Assembly (NCBI GenBank): GCA_000934665.2
Contig: JYFJ02001619.1
Span: 55,066-75,065, forward strand
Source of the DNA: Catajapyx aquilonaris
Taxonomy: Eukaryota
Direction of reading: 5' to 3'
DNA length: 20,000 nucleotides
Position 1 is the first letter of the stretch. Every line of letters begins with the position of its first letter. The translations under genes and the position numbers were made by a program. Below the pieces are notes generated by a model. That model had not been told where the DNA came from, did not search any database, and saw nothing but the letters and a program-made list of their open reading frames with translations. Below, piece after piece: positions 19,824 through 20,000 of the stretch.

Positions 19824-20000
19824 ATCACGGCTGTAGAAGACTCAGGTTAGGTCACTCCCCACCCACCCCCTGCCGAGGGATTACGCACCGGGTGCCCACT
19901 TGAGATCGCTACGAGACATTTCCCAAGGCTATCATGTGGCGACCCTACCGGACTAAGGCTGAACTTTACAGGTACGAAGGGGAGGGCTACATGCTGGCCC
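19824..20000. repeat. Second, window-truncated copy of the 3799-3970 palindrome-containing repeat
   Basis: ATCACG..ACTCAGGT..GGTCACTC.C.CCCACCCCCTGCCG...GAGACATTTC...CGACCCTACCGGACTA(A)GGCTGAACTTTA.AGGTAC...GCTACATG aligns to 3799-3967. Confidence 0.9.

Overview
Non-coding eukaryotic DNA, most likely intergenic or intronic sequence of an invertebrate animal (inferred from the SINE domains and TE types). No credible protein-coding gene, rRNA, functional tRNA or CRISPR array is visible; the ORF track reflects chance ORFs, microsatellites and palindromic repeats. Roughly a quarter of the window is short non-autonomous mobile elements whose ends and target-site duplications (TSDs) can mostly be read directly. 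These are four tRNA-derived SINEs of three families (14-15 bp TSDs), six Tc1/mariner-type MITEs (CAGGGTG termini, TA targets), one hAT-type MITE (8 bp TSD), one P-like foldback MITE (7 bp TSD), two Merlin-like MITEs (8-9 bp TSD) and three non-autonomous Helitron-like elements. The unique DNA between them contains homeodomain-motif-dense blocks and one CpG-rich block that may be regulatory. I found no evidence of a new protein-based system. The best leads concern TE biology: a structured 3' tail shared by different SINE families, a Helitron-like element carrying a perfect 54 bp hairpin, a Helitron with tandemly duplicated termini, a MITE inserted inside another element's TSD, and templated-insertion scars. 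All superfamily names are inferred from termini and TSD length, not from database searches.
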